This document shows, one piece after another, positions 9,918 to 23,867 of a DNA stretch of 64,000 nucleotides. The translations under genes were made by a program, and so were the position numbers. The stretch is taken from assembly GCA_047601445.1 (NCBI GenBank), contig JASGJH010000001.1, forward strand, positions 6,464,001 through 6,528,000. Direction: 5' to 3'. The DNA is from Myxococcales bacterium. GTDB taxonomy: Bacteria > Myxococcota_A > Polyangia > Polyangiales > DASUME01. How positions within the stretch are numbered: the first letter of the stretch is position 1; each line of letters begins with the position of its first letter. A model generated the notes under the pieces. That model had not been told where the DNA came from. It did no database searches and worked only from the letters and a program-made list of their open reading frames with translations.

Positions 9918-12527
9918 TTGACCGTCGTGGCAGCCCAACCTGCAAAACGCGAAGAGCTAGCCGAAGCCAACGTGATCCGTCTCGCGAGCAACAAGCCCGT
10001 GAGCGCCGACGCGGTGGCCGAGGGCGCCGAAGAGTCCTGTGAGCGCGAGCGCGCGACCTCCTCCGCTTCAGCAAGCGTCGAACACGCTTCTTCGCACGTT
10101 CGAGCGCGCGGCGGCAGTGAGCCCTTCGATCGCGCCGTGGAGCGCGTGAGCGAGTACCTGCGGGCCGTGGGCCTGAGCGAGAGCGCGCGCATTCAAACGT
10201 TGGCGCTCGGGATCTGCGAAGGAGCCCTGATGGAAGGGGCGCTCGAGTCCAAGCTCCCTGAGCGCGCCGTGGCTGCAGCCCAGGTACGCGTCGAGGCGTT
10301 TTGGCACGACGTGTTCGGCGAACAGGTGAAGACGGTCGATCCGTTGTGGTCGCGTACCTTTGCCGGAGCCCTGCCGGAGGTGTTCCTGGGCGATGTGGCC
10401 GAGGCGCAGCGGGCGGCGAGTTTGTTTGGCGATCCTCAGCTGGGGCGTGCCCCCACGCGCGTTCAGTTCCGCGACCAGGCCCTTCATCCGCTCACCGTCC
10501 CGCGCTGGCTCGTCGGCTTCGCTCCGGCGGTGGTGCTGACCGTGTCCGCCAGCCTCTTGCTCCTGCGGGACCTGGCCCAAGATGGCCTGTCCGTGCTGGA
10601 AGCCAGCTGGACCGGGCTGTTCGCCTTCTTGTTCGGCTTCGCGGCCCTCGGCTTGAGCGCGGCGACCTACGGCTTCGCGGCCGGGCTCCGCAAGCGCAAG
10701 GGAAGCGCCAGCGAAGCGGCTCCCGCGGCGAGCGGCGACTTGCCCCGCAGCGTGCTCCTGATGCCCGTGTATCACGAGAGCGCCGAGGACGTGTTCGCGG
10801 CGCTGATGGCGATGCGCGAGTCGCTCGAGCACACGCCGGGTGGCGATTGCTTCGAGATCTTCGTGCTCAGCGACTCCCGTGACGCCGAGAAGGCCGCCGA
10901 GGAAGAGCGCGCGTTTCGTCGCGTGGCGGCCGACACCTCGTCGCGCATCCCGGTCTACTACCGACGCCGGGCGCGCAACGACCGCCAGAAGGCGGGTAAC
11001 CTGGCCGAGTTCTTCGAGCGCTGGGGCCATCGCTACACCTACGCCGTGGTGCTCGATGCCGACAGCCTGATGCGCGGCGACACGCTGGTGGAGATGGTGC
11101 GCCGCATCCACGCGGACCCCAAGGTTGCGTTGCTCCAGGCCCCGCTCGAGCTGCATCGCGGCACCACGCTGTTCGCGCGCGCGCAGCAGCACGCTGCCAG
11201 CGTGAGCGGTCCCATGTTTACCCGCGGTCTTGCGGTGTGGGCCGGCGGCACCGGCAACTACTACGGCCACAACGCCGTGGTGCGGGTGCAGGCGTTCCTC
11301 GATTGCTGCGCCCTCCCCGAGCTGCGCGGTGAAGCCCCGCTCGGTGGTCACATCTTGAGCCACGACTTCGTGGAGGCCGCGCTCCTGTGCAGGGCTGGTT
11401 GGGAAGTGCGCATCGCGCACGAGCTCAGCGGCAGCTGGGAAGAGCTGCCCCCCACGCTCTCTGCCTATGTCACGCGTGACCGTCGTTGGTGCCAGGGCAA
11501 CCTGCAGCACGTGAAGGTGGCGATGTCCGAGGGCCTCAAGCCCATGAGTCGTCTGCACATGGCTTGCGGCGTGGCTTCCTATCTGGCTTCTCCGCTCTGG
11601 CTGGCCTTCGTGAGCTTGGGCGTCACCATGGCTTTCCTGGGCGGCGGCCCCTTCGTGTCGCGTCCCCTCGCGCTGCTGCTCTCCGCGCTCACGGCGGTTG
11701 TGCTGCTCGGGCCGCGCCTGCTCGGCACCATCTCCACGCTGCTCGACGCCGACCAGCGTCGCGCCCACGGTGGCGCGCTGCGTTTGATCGCGAGCGTGGG
11801 CACCGAAGCCACCTTCTCGGCGCTGCTCGCGCCGCTGATGATGCTGCACCACACGCGGATCGTGGCCTCCATCCTATCCGGCACCTCGGTTCGCTGGGGT
11901 GCGCAGAAGCGCAAGGCCAGCGGTGAGTTTCTCACGGCCGTGCGCACCGAGCTCTCGACCACGCTGCTCGGCGTCAGCCTCGTCGCTTACCTGATGCACG
12001 CGGCGCCCCAGCTCGTGTGGCCGCTCTCGCCGCTCTGGCTGCCCTGGGCGCTCGCGATTCCGCTGGCCTGGGTGGCCTCGAGCAGCCGCGCCGGCAACCT
12101 ACTGCGCAGCCTGGGGCTGTTGTGGGTGCCGAGTGAGACCGAGCCCGCCGAGATCGCCCAGCGCGTGGACGACCTGCGCGCCCTGACTGCACCCGATGAG
12201 GCGGCCCGTTTCCGCGACCTGGTGCTCGACCCGGTGCTGGTCTCGGTGCACGTGCAGCGCCTGCGCGGCTCTTCGCTCGCGCACCCGAGGGCGCGCGCCG
12301 ACCAGGCGCAGGGCACGGCTCCTCGAGCCAACGAGCTCGAGCTCCCCCGCCTGCGTCAGCGCGCCCTGCGCGCCGGTCCTGCTGGGCTCACCGCTGAGGA
12401 GCGCCGTGCGCTCACGCGTGATGCCGAGAGCATGCTGTATCTGCACCGTGAGGCCTGGCAGCACTGGCCCGTGGAGTCTTGGCGCCTGTCCCGCGAGCAG
12501 CCTCAGCTGCCCGTCGAGCCTGCCTGA
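9918..12527 (+). CDS. mdoH: Glucans biosynthesis glucosyltransferase OpgH/MdoH (GT2)
   Basis: LMPVYHE, YYRRR, KAGNL, VLDADSLM, NYYGHNAVVR, ILSHDFVEAALL, GSWEELPP, RDRRWCQGNLQH; start codon uncertain. Confidence 0.93.
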   Translation: MTVVAAQPAKREELAEANVIRLASNKPVSADAVAEGAEESCERERATSSASASVEHASSHVRARGGSEPFDRAVERVSEYLRAVGLSESARIQTLALGICEGALMEGALESKLPERAVAAAQVRVEAFWHDVFGEQVKTVDPLWSRTFAGALPEVFLGDVAEAQRAASLFGDPQLGRAPTRVQFRDQALHPLTVPRWLVGFAPAVVLTVSASLLLLRDLAQDGLSVLEASWTGLFAFLFGFAALGLSAATYGFAAGLRKRKGSASEAAPAASGDLPRSVLLMPVYHESAEDVFAALMAMRESLEHTPGGDCFEIFVLSDSRDAEKAAEEERAFRRVAADTSSRIPVYYRRRARNDRQKAGNLAEFFERWGHRYTYAVVLDADSLMRGDTLVEMVRRIHADPKVALLQAPLELHRGTTLFARAQQHAASVSGPMFTRGLAVWAGGTGNYYGHNAVVRVQAFLDCCALPELRGEAPLGGHILSHDFVEAALLCRAGWEVRIAHELSGSWEELPPTLSAYVTRDRRWCQGNLQHVKVAMSEGLKPMSRLHMACGVASYLASPLWLAFVSLGVTMAFLGGGPFVSRPLALLLSALTAVVLLGPRLLGTISTLLDADQRRAHGGALRLIASVGTEATFSALLAPLMMLHHTRIVASILSGTSVRWGAQKRKASGEFLTAVRTELSTTLLGVSLVAYLMHAAPQLVWPLSPLWLPWALAIPLAWVASSSRAGNLLRSLGLLWVPSETEPAEIAQRVDDLRALTAPDEAARFRDLVLDPVLVSVHVQRLRGSSLAHPRARADQAQGTAPRANELELPRLRQRALRAGPAGLTAEERRALTRDAESMLYLHREAWQHWPVESWRLSREQPQLPVEPA

Positions 12528-12686
12528 TTCTAGCGCCCTCTGTGCGCTTCCAGGCCCCGCCTGGCCCCTCAGGCCGCACCGGGGCCGTTGACAGGCCCTG
12601 GCTCGAGTCCACCTTTCAAGCTCGCGTTGCGCGCGTCGTCCCTGGAACGACGCACCAGGAGAGCTTCGGGATAAGGAGGGTTCGAG

Positions 12687-13089
12687 ATGGCAATCAGCAA
12701 AGCTTCCGCCAGCTGGCAAGGCACGCTCAAGGACGGCCGCGGCAACATGAAGCCGGATCACGGCAGCGATGTGCCGTTCTCCCTGGCTACACGCTTCGAG
12801 GGCGTCAAAGGCAGCAATCCGGAGGAGATGATCGGCGCAGCCCTGGCCGGCTGCTTCTCGATGGCGCTTGCGGCCTCGCTCTCCCGCGCCGGGCTGGCCC
12901 CCACGTCGATTCGCACCGAGGCCAGCGTGCGGCTCGACAAGGACGGTGAGGGCTTCTCGATCACCCAGATCAACCTGACGACCCAGGCTCAGGTGCCCGG
13001 CATCGACGCGGCCAAGTTCGAGACCATCGCCCAGGAGACCAAGAAGAACTGTCCGGTCTCCAAGGCCCTGGCCGGCACCAAGATCGAGC

Positions 13090-13109
<20 letters not shown>
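12687..13109 (+). CDS. osmC: OsmC family peroxiredoxin
   Basis: WQGTLKDGRG, TRFEG, SNPEEMIGAALAGCFSMAL, NCPVSKAL; AGGAGG RBS. Confidence 0.93.
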
Positions 13110-16962
<3,853 letters not shown>

Positions 16963-17128
16963 TCCGCGCGCACGGCGTCGCAGTCCGCGCGGACGAGCAT
17001 GGTATCCGGCTACGGACGCACGGCGCGCCGGGAAGTTTCGTGAGCCAGCCCGCAGCCCTCTCGATCCGCAGCCAGGACTGCTCTTCCGCGCATGCAGGTG
17101 CGTGGCCCACCCGGGCGGTGAGCTTCGC

Positions 17129-18202
17129 TCAGCCCACGCTCGAGGCGCGATCGGCCCCGTAGTCCCGCTGATAAATGCGCACCAGGGCCAGGAAGAACGT
17201 CACCAGTAGCGGCCCCAGCAGCAGCCCCACGGTCCCGAACGCCGCCAACCCGCCGAGCAGCGCGAAGAACACCACCGCCCCGTGCATCTCCAGGCCGCGC
17301 CGCACGAGCAGCGGCTTGATGATGTTGTCCATCAGGCCCACCACGGCGATGCCCCACACCGCGAGGAACCCGGCCAGGAAGGCCTTCCCCTGTAGGAACA
17401 GCCACAGCGCGCCCACCAGGCACATGCCGCCTGCGCCCACCGCGGGGATGAAGGCCGTGAAGAAGGTGACCGTGGCGAAGAAGAAGGGATGGGGGAGCGA
17501 GCTCACCAGGTATCCCAGCAAGGCCGCCGCCGCTTGCACGCCCGCGGTCGCGATGGTGGACGCCAGCACCGACACCGAGACCTTACGGAATTCTCTTAGC
17601 AGCTCGAGCGTCTGACCAGGCGCCAGCGGGGACACCTGCTCAATCCACGCCACCAAGTTCACGCCGTCGATGAGTAAGAAGAACAGAGCGATGAGCATCA
17701 TCACGGTCTGCACCAGCACGGACCCCGTGGCCGCCAGTGCACCGGTTACTGCACGTGCTGCCTTGCCGCCCTGCGCGCTGGCCTGCTCCTGGAGGGTCGC
17801 GTCGATCTCCTCCTCTTCGATGGGAAACCTCTCGAGCAGGTCGTCGGCCAGGTCATGCAGCCCATTCGGGAGCTGATCGATGAGTCCCGTCACACCCTCG
17901 CTGTTGATGGTCTCCACCACGAAGCGAGCACCAGATACGCTCTCGCGCACCACGAAAGCAGCGATGCCCCCGAATGGCACCAACAACGCCAGGACCACCA
18001 CGAGGCACAACACGCCCGCACTCAAATCCTTGCGGCCGCGCAGTCGCGGCACGAGGCGCACTTGCAGCGGATGCAGGGCACCGGCCAACACGGCCGCAAA
18101 AATAAAGGCTTCGAAGAAGGGGCGAATGATCAGGCCGAGCAGGAAGAGCGCAGCCAGGATCAAACCGCCAAAGATCTTTCGGGCGCTGGTGTGTGTGTCC
18201 AT
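17129..18202 (-). CDS. AI-2E family transporter
   Basis: Multi-TM; IALFFLLIDG, AFIPAVG, DNIIKPLL, FFALLGGLAAFG.VGLLLGP; start set at ATG 18202. Confidence 0.9.
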   Translation of the reverse strand: MDTHTSARKIFGGLILAALFLLGLIIRPFFEAFIFAAVLAGALHPLQVRLVPRLRGRKDLSAGVLCLVVVLALLVPFGGIAAFVVRESVSGARFVVETINSEGVTGLIDQLPNGLHDLADDLLERFPIEEEEIDATLQEQASAQGGKAARAVTGALAATGSVLVQTVMMLIALFFLLIDGVNLVAWIEQVSPLAPGQTLELLREFRKVSVSVLASTIATAGVQAAAALLGYLVSSLPHPFFFATVTFFTAFIPAVGAGGMCLVGALWLFLQGKAFLAGFLAVWGIAVVGLMDNIIKPLLVRRGLEMHGAVVFFALLGGLAAFGTVGLLLGPLLVTFFLALVRIYQRDYGADRASSVG

Positions 18203-18426
18203 GACTTCCTGACCATAGAGGGCAAAAGGGCGTGAGGAAATGCAGTGGCCCAGCTCGCTCTCATGAGCACTGCCAGCGGAAAACAACACTCACACCACAT
18301 TTGTGCCGCACAACCGCGTACTTTCTCTCGTCACAGATATGAAATCGGGGGGAAGAAAGGTTGCCATCATCGTCAAGGTCGAGGAACCTGGACGTGTTAG
18401 GGGGCCTTCGGGCCTAGGGTGCCATC

Positions 18427-18801
18427 ATGGTCTGGCTCAACGAGATATCGCCTTGGACGGTCGCGGCCTTTGGGCTGGGCTGGATCGGAGTCTCCGGAGC
18501 GTTGGCCCTGGTTCTCGGAAAGGTGCTCGCGCGCACCAATCGAGCGGCAGAGAACGAAGAGCTCGCCCTCGAGCGCGCCCGCGCCGAGCGCGCGGCGGGC
18601 ACGCCGGCGATCCAGTACGAGCCCACTGGGGACTGGCTGCTCGACTCGGCCAGCCAAGACAGCTTCGAAGAAGATGAGGCCTACGCAGGCCGTGCCGCCA
18701 GCGGGACCCGCTTCAAGCCCGTCCACGATGAGAGCGACGCCGGTGGCGCTGAGAGCGAAGCCGCGCGCGACAACGTTCGTCCGCTGCGCAACGTCCGCTA
18801 G
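18427..18801 (+). CDS. Small single-TM hypothetical protein with acidic tail
   Basis: N-terminal hydrophobic helix, GC3-biased codons, fills the gap between neighbours. Confidence 0.6.
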   Translation: MVWLNEISPWTVAAFGLGWIGVSGALALVLGKVLARTNRAAENEELALERARAERAAGTPAIQYEPTGDWLLDSASQDSFEEDEAYAGRAASGTRFKPVHDESDAGGAESEAARDNVRPLRNVR

Positions 18802-18827
18802 CCCCTCTTCCCCGTAGACCCCATTTC

Positions 18828-18863
18828 TTCTTCGCTCGCGCGCCCGAGGGCACGCTTCGACCA
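18828..18863 (+). repeat. Dispersed repeat family B, copy 3
   Basis: TTCTTCGCTCGCGCGCCCGAGGGCACGCTTCGACCA, 27 bp upstream of ATG 18891. Confidence 0.85.
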
Positions 18864-18890
18864 CCGCTCTTTTGCAGCAGGCGCACCGCC

Positions 18891-20012
18891 ATGGCGAAGG
18901 CTCCCTTCGACGCGTTGTTCGCGCTGCTCTTGGCAGAAGACGCACCAGCACATGTCGCCGCGCACCACGCTGCGCTCGAGCACGCTCTGTCGGCTCGCGT
19001 TCTGCCTGAGGCGCTGACCCGACTCGAGACCCACAAGGTGTTGCCCCTCCTGGCCCATCAGCTGACACGCGCCGGGCGCATCGCGACCATCGATGGAGAC
19101 GCGCGCGCTCGTCTGGAGCTCGCCCAGCGCAAGGTACGCGAGCTGAACCAGGTGCTGTTCGTGTCCGCCAGCCTGGCACTCAAGCTGGCGCAGGAAGCCG
19201 AGTGCGCGCCGCTGGTGCTCAAGGGACTCCTGCTGGCGGACTCGTACTATCCGGATCCTTCCACGCGGCCCATGGGAGACTTCGACCTGGTGGCGCCTCC
19301 TGGGCAGTTCGAGCGGCTGCAGCGTGCACTGGAGCGCGCCGGCTTCACGCCCGTGATGGACCACGTGGAGCAGGAGCACGCCGTGGCCTTCGCCAATCGG
19401 ATGGGCGTGTCGTGCGACGTGCATGCTTACCTCGAGTCTTACCCCCAGCTCGACTGGGCCGCGTGGACCCGCCACAGCAAGCTGCAGCGCGTGCACGGAG
19501 TGTCGTTGCGGACGCTCGAGCCGAACCTGATGTTGGCCCACGCCATCGACCACCTGTACGGGCACGCGCGCGAAACGGGGCTCGTGCTGTTGTGGTTGAT
19601 CGACATCGCGCTGATGCTGCGAAGACACGCGGCGGAGTTCGATCTCGGCATGCTTCGGGCTCTGCTCGGCCGACCTGCCATGTGGGTGTTCCTGCTACGG
19701 GTGCTTGGCTTGCTCGAGCATCATGGCGTTGCGCTACCAGCCGCACTGGCTCCGCTGCGAGGCCCGATCACGAAACTCCCAGCGCTCAGCCTGGCGCAGG
19801 TGATGCGCGGCCGACGCACGCTGCCTTGGGGACTGCCCGCGCCGCTGGGGTACCTGCGCCTCCTGGCCACGAGCCTCTCGCTGCGCGACTACGCACAGCA
19901 CGCTTCGCGCAGCAGACCGCACGCAATCGATGTCCTGCTTTTGCCGTTGGACATGCTGATCACGCGCCTCGCCGAGAACGCGCTTTCGCGTGTGATCGAG
20001 TGCGATAGCTAG
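18891..20012 (+). CDS. Nucleotidyltransferase family protein (NTP_transf_5-like)
   Basis: LVLKGLLL..YYPDPSTRPMGDFDLV, CDVH, LLWLIDI motifs. Confidence 0.82.
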   Translation: MAKAPFDALFALLLAEDAPAHVAAHHAALEHALSARVLPEALTRLETHKVLPLLAHQLTRAGRIATIDGDARARLELAQRKVRELNQVLFVSASLALKLAQEAECAPLVLKGLLLADSYYPDPSTRPMGDFDLVAPPGQFERLQRALERAGFTPVMDHVEQEHAVAFANRMGVSCDVHAYLESYPQLDWAAWTRHSKLQRVHGVSLRTLEPNLMLAHAIDHLYGHARETGLVLLWLIDIALMLRRHAAEFDLGMLRALLGRPAMWVFLLRVLGLLEHHGVALPAALAPLRGPITKLPALSLAQVMRGRRTLPWGLPAPLGYLRLLATSLSLRDYAQHASRSRPHAIDVLLLPLDMLITRLAENALSRVIECDS

Positions 20013-20164
20013 CGCGAGTCGAGCCTTTTCGTGTGGTATCGGGGGCTCGGATCAGTTGATCTGGGCGGCGCCGATTGAGTTTGCGGACTATCGTTTCATG
20101 ATCTCGATCGCTGCGCACACGTTGCGCCCTTGTGTCGGCGTAGCAAGCGCCGCCCTCCAATAGG

Positions 20165-21487
20165 ATGGTCTCCATGTACTCATCGCATCTCGGTCGTCTT
20201 GGTTTCCTCGCACTGCTCTCGCTCGCTGCAGCCCCACTTTCGACCGGTTGCGGGGACAGCGACAAGGACAAGTCGTCGTCCGATGCTGGGGGAGATGCGG
20301 GACAAGATCGCTTCGCCGGATGCGACACCATCATCAAGGCAGGTAGCACCACCGAGCAGGTACAGGAGGTCTTCATCGACGCGCAGACCGGACAGACGCT
20401 GTGCTTCGAGGACGGCACCTACGCGCTGACCGCCGAGCTGAACTTGAGCGTCGCCGACGTCACCGTGCAAGGGAATCCGGCCGACCGCAACGCAGTGGTG
20501 CTCGACTACACGGGACAAGTGGAGGGCAAGGACTCGCTCACCTCCTCGGGCGACGGCTTCACGGTTCAGCACCTCAGCGTGAAGAACTCCCATGGCAATA
20601 CCATCGTGACCCGCGGCGTGAAGCGCGTGACGTTCCGCGACCTCAAGGTGTCTTGGGACGCGGGCTCGGTGACCTCCAACGGCGCCTATGCGGTGTATCC
20701 GTTGAGTGCCGACGGCGTGTTGGTCGAGGGCTGCGAGATCGTGGGCGCGGCGGACGCCGGCATCTACGTGGGCCAGTCCAAGAACATCATCGTGCGCAAC
20801 AACGTGGTGCACGGGAACGTGGCGGGCATCGAGATCGAGAACAGCGACAACGCGCTCGTCACCGGCAACGAAACCTACGACAACGCCTCGGGCATCCTGG
20901 TGTTCGCCATGCCCAACCTGGAGAAGACGACGGGTACCAACAGCATCGTGGAGAACAACAACGTCCACGACAACAACCACCCGAATTTCGGTGCGGCTGG
21001 CACCACGGTCTCCTACGTGCCGCCGGGCACCGGCATGCTCGTGTTGGCCAACGACGGCACCGAGATCCGCAAGAACACCTTCACCAACAACGAGACCGCG
21101 GCCATCTTGGCGGTCTCCTATCAGACCTTCGCTACCATCTGCGCAGCCAACGGTGGCACCCAGTGCGGCGGCGACGATGCCAAGACGGACCCGTACCTGA
21201 GCAAGACCTACATCCACGACAACACGTTCACGAACAACGGCACCATGCCGGACCCGCTCGTGGAGGGCTTGCTCGGGACCAATCTGCCCAACGTGCTCTG
21301 GGACGGCGTCACGCCGCCCGACGCGCCCACCGGTCAGTTCTGTCTGGGGCCCACGCCCACCACCATCATGCAGTTCGGTAACAACGACGGCTTCTTCGAG
21401 GCCAACGAAGTGATCACCGATCCGAACCAGTTCACCTGCACGATTCCCTCTCCGTTCGAGACCATCACGCTCCCACAGGGATCCTGA
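20165..21487 (+). CDS. Parallel beta-helix repeat lipoprotein (type usually paired with SO2930-family cytochrome)
   Basis: Lipobox STGC; NGAYAVYP, GAADAGIYVGQSKNIIVRNN, NVAGIEIENS, GILVFAMPNL, NNHPNF. Confidence 0.85.
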   Translation: MVSMYSSHLGRLGFLALLSLAAAPLSTGCGDSDKDKSSSDAGGDAGQDRFAGCDTIIKAGSTTEQVQEVFIDAQTGQTLCFEDGTYALTAELNLSVADVTVQGNPADRNAVVLDYTGQVEGKDSLTSSGDGFTVQHLSVKNSHGNTIVTRGVKRVTFRDLKVSWDAGSVTSNGAYAVYPLSADGVLVEGCEIVGAADAGIYVGQSKNIIVRNNVVHGNVAGIEIENSDNALVTGNETYDNASGILVFAMPNLEKTTGTNSIVENNNVHDNNHPNFGAAGTTVSYVPPGTGMLVLANDGTEIRKNTFTNNETAAILAVSYQTFATICAANGGTQCGGDDAKTDPYLSKTYIHDNTFTNNGTMPDPLVEGLLGTNLPNVLWDGVTPPDAPTGQFCLGPTPTTIMQFGNNDGFFEANEVITDPNQFTCTIPSPFETITLPQGS

Positions 21488-22636
21488 ATGCACGCACGCT
21501 CCGCTCGTCTCGCAAGCATCCTGTGGCTGGTCTGCGCTGGCTGCGACTCGAGTGGAGCGCCCGACGGCATGTCGGAGCCCGTGGCACAACCGGACGCTGG
21601 GGCCGACAGCGGAGCGAACCTCGGCTTGCCCTGGCCGGCCGATAGGCTCGGTCCGGCGCCGTACCCGGACGACAATCCCCCCACCGAGGCCAAGCGCCTG
21701 CTCGGGCGTGCGCTCTTCTACGATCCCGTGGTGTCGAGCGACAAGGCCACCGCCTGCGTGAGCTGCCACAGCGAGATCTGGGGGCTGAGCGATCAGCTCG
21801 CGCGCTCGGTGGGCGTCGACGGCACGGGACCCATCGGACCCGGTCGCAAGGGGCCGAACATGACGCGTCGCAATTCGCAGGCGTTGTGGAATTTGGCCTA
21901 TCGCAAGGAGTTCTTCTGGGACGGCCGGGCAGACTCGCTGGAGCATCAGGTGTTCTTCCCCATCGAGTCCGCCGAGGAGCTCAATCGCAAGCCTTCCGAG
22001 CTGGTGGCTGAGCTGGCGGCCAATCCGCAGTACCAGATGCTGTTCCAGGCGGCTTTCCCGGGCGTGGAGCCGGCGGTCACCGAGCAAACGTTCTCGCAGG
22101 CGCTGGGCGTGTTCATGCGCGCCTACATCTCCGATCGGGCGCCCTACGACAGCTATCTCAAGGGGGACATGCGCGCGCTCGATGCGCAGGACCTGCGAGG
22201 CGCCTCGCTGTTTGCGGCGCTGGGCTGCCACGGCTGCCACCTGCCGCCGCGCTTCGAGAGCGACCAGTACCACGACCGCCAGGTCCCGAACCCCGAGAAC
22301 ATCGTGGACGACGGACGCTTCGAATTCAGTGGAGAAGCGGCCGATCGAGGAACATTTCGAGTCCCCACGCTGCGCAACGCGCGCGAGTCGGGTCCCTACT
22401 TCCACAACGGGTCGGTGCGCACCTTCGAGGAGGCGGTCGCCCACGAGGTCGATCTGCAAGTTGCGTCAGGAGCGCGCGGGGCGCTCACGGGCGACGAGTT
22501 CGACGACCTGATGAGTTTCCTGAGACGTTCTCTCACCGACGTTTCGCGGGAGCAACATCCACCCAAATCCGTGCCGAGTGGCCTGCCAATTCCGCTCGAC
22601 GGTGATCTATTGCTTCGAGGGGGTCATGGCGATTGA
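21488..22636 (+). CDS. Di-heme cytochrome c peroxidase/MauG family protein
   Basis: LGRALFYDP, CVSCH, FFWDGRA.SLE.Q, CHGCH, FRVPTLRN, PYFHNG. Confidence 0.9.
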   Translation: MHARSARLASILWLVCAGCDSSGAPDGMSEPVAQPDAGADSGANLGLPWPADRLGPAPYPDDNPPTEAKRLLGRALFYDPVVSSDKATACVSCHSEIWGLSDQLARSVGVDGTGPIGPGRKGPNMTRRNSQALWNLAYRKEFFWDGRADSLEHQVFFPIESAEELNRKPSELVAELAANPQYQMLFQAAFPGVEPAVTEQTFSQALGVFMRAYISDRAPYDSYLKGDMRALDAQDLRGASLFAALGCHGCHLPPRFESDQYHDRQVPNPENIVDDGRFEFSGEAADRGTFRVPTLRNARESGPYFHNGSVRTFEEAVAHEVDLQVASGARGALTGDEFDDLMSFLRRSLTDVSREQHPPKSVPSGLPIPLDGDLLLRGGHGD

Positions 22637-23801
22637 GTTGTACAAGTCATCGTCGCGCGCATTTCGCGTCGCGTTCGGCGCGGCCGTTTGCGCCTTGCTT
22701 GGGCTCGGGGGCTGCGGCTCGGACGAACACGGGGAAATGCCCAACAAGGACCGCGATGCGGGAGACGAATTCGACGCCGGCGAAGTGCCCGACGTGGGGC
22801 CGCCGGCTGCGGCCTACCTCACGCCGCCCGAAAACTTGTCGGAGTGGAATCTCTTCGCAGACGAGGTGAACCAGACGCCCGGACCGCGCACGGTGCCCTA
22901 TGACGTCATCGCGCCGCTGTTTTCCGACTACGCGGCCAAGCGCCGCTTCATCTACGTGCCCGAAGGCAAGAGCATCGGATATTCCGAGACGGATCTGTGG
23001 ACGCTGCCCGAGGGGAGCGTGCTGATCAAGACCTTCAGCTATCCCCGTGACCTGCGCGACCCCGCGGCGGGAGAACGACTGCTCGAGACGCGCTTGCTCG
23101 TATACACGGCCGAGGGCGTAGTGCCACACACCTACGTGTGGAACGAGGAGCAGACGGCGGCGACGCGCAAAGTGGTCGGCACCAACATCGCGGCCAGCTG
23201 GATCGACCAGAGCGGCGCTCAAGTGAGCAATACGTTCACGGTGCCCAACACCAACCAGTGTTTCGATTGCCACGGCAAACGAGGGGTGACGAACACACTC
23301 GGGGTACGCACGCGTCAGCTCGACCGCAGCCACGATTTCGACGGAAGCCCGCAAAATCAGGTCGATCGCCTGAGTGCGCTCGGCTTCCTCGACCGGGTTC
23401 CCGAGGCCAGTGATCAGCGGCAGCGTTTGGTGGACCCCTTCGGTGACGCGTCCGTCGACTTGCGCGCGCGCTCGTACATCGACGCCAATTGCTCCCAATG
23501 TCACAAGCAGGGCGGCGACGCCTCCGCCAGCGGTATGTGGCTCGACTGGCCTAACACAGGGCCCGAGACGAACCCCACTTACTGGGGCGTCTGCAAGCGT
23601 CCCACCAGCGCCGGCGGGGCGACTTGCGGGAACGAAGTGGACATCGTGCCGGGTGATCCCGACCACTCCATCTATTTGTGTCGCCTCGAGAGCACCGACC
23701 CCAAGGTTCAGATGCCGCCTCTCGGTCGCAACATGGTGCACGAGGAAGGGGTGGCCTTGATCCGCGAGTGGATCACCTTGTTGCAGGGTAGTTGCCAGTA
23801 A
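22626..23801 (+). CDS. SO2930-family di-heme c-type cytochrome lipoprotein
   Basis: LSEWNLF, PYDVIAPLFSDYAAKRRFIYVP, GSVLIKTF, LETRLL, CFDCH, ARSYIDANCSQCH, MPPLGR..VHEEGVALIREWI. Confidence 0.85.
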   Translation: MAIELYKSSSRAFRVAFGAAVCALLGLGGCGSDEHGEMPNKDRDAGDEFDAGEVPDVGPPAAAYLTPPENLSEWNLFADEVNQTPGPRTVPYDVIAPLFSDYAAKRRFIYVPEGKSIGYSETDLWTLPEGSVLIKTFSYPRDLRDPAAGERLLETRLLVYTAEGVVPHTYVWNEEQTAATRKVVGTNIAASWIDQSGAQVSNTFTVPNTNQCFDCHGKRGVTNTLGVRTRQLDRSHDFDGSPQNQVDRLSALGFLDRVPEASDQRQRLVDPFGDASVDLRARSYIDANCSQCHKQGGDASASGMWLDWPNTGPETNPTYWGVCKRPTSAGGATCGNEVDIVPGDPDHSIYLCRLESTDPKVQMPPLGRNMVHEEGVALIREWITLLQGSCQ

Positions 23802-23867
23802 CGGCGCTGTCGGATCGGCGCCAAACGCGCATGAATTGACGGTCTCTGCTACCCTCTGGGCCTCCCA

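Noticed and set aside
18427..20012. Lasso-peptide cluster around the nucleotidyltransferase
   Set aside because: No precursor, PqqD/B protein or asparagine-synthetase-like cyclase nearby.
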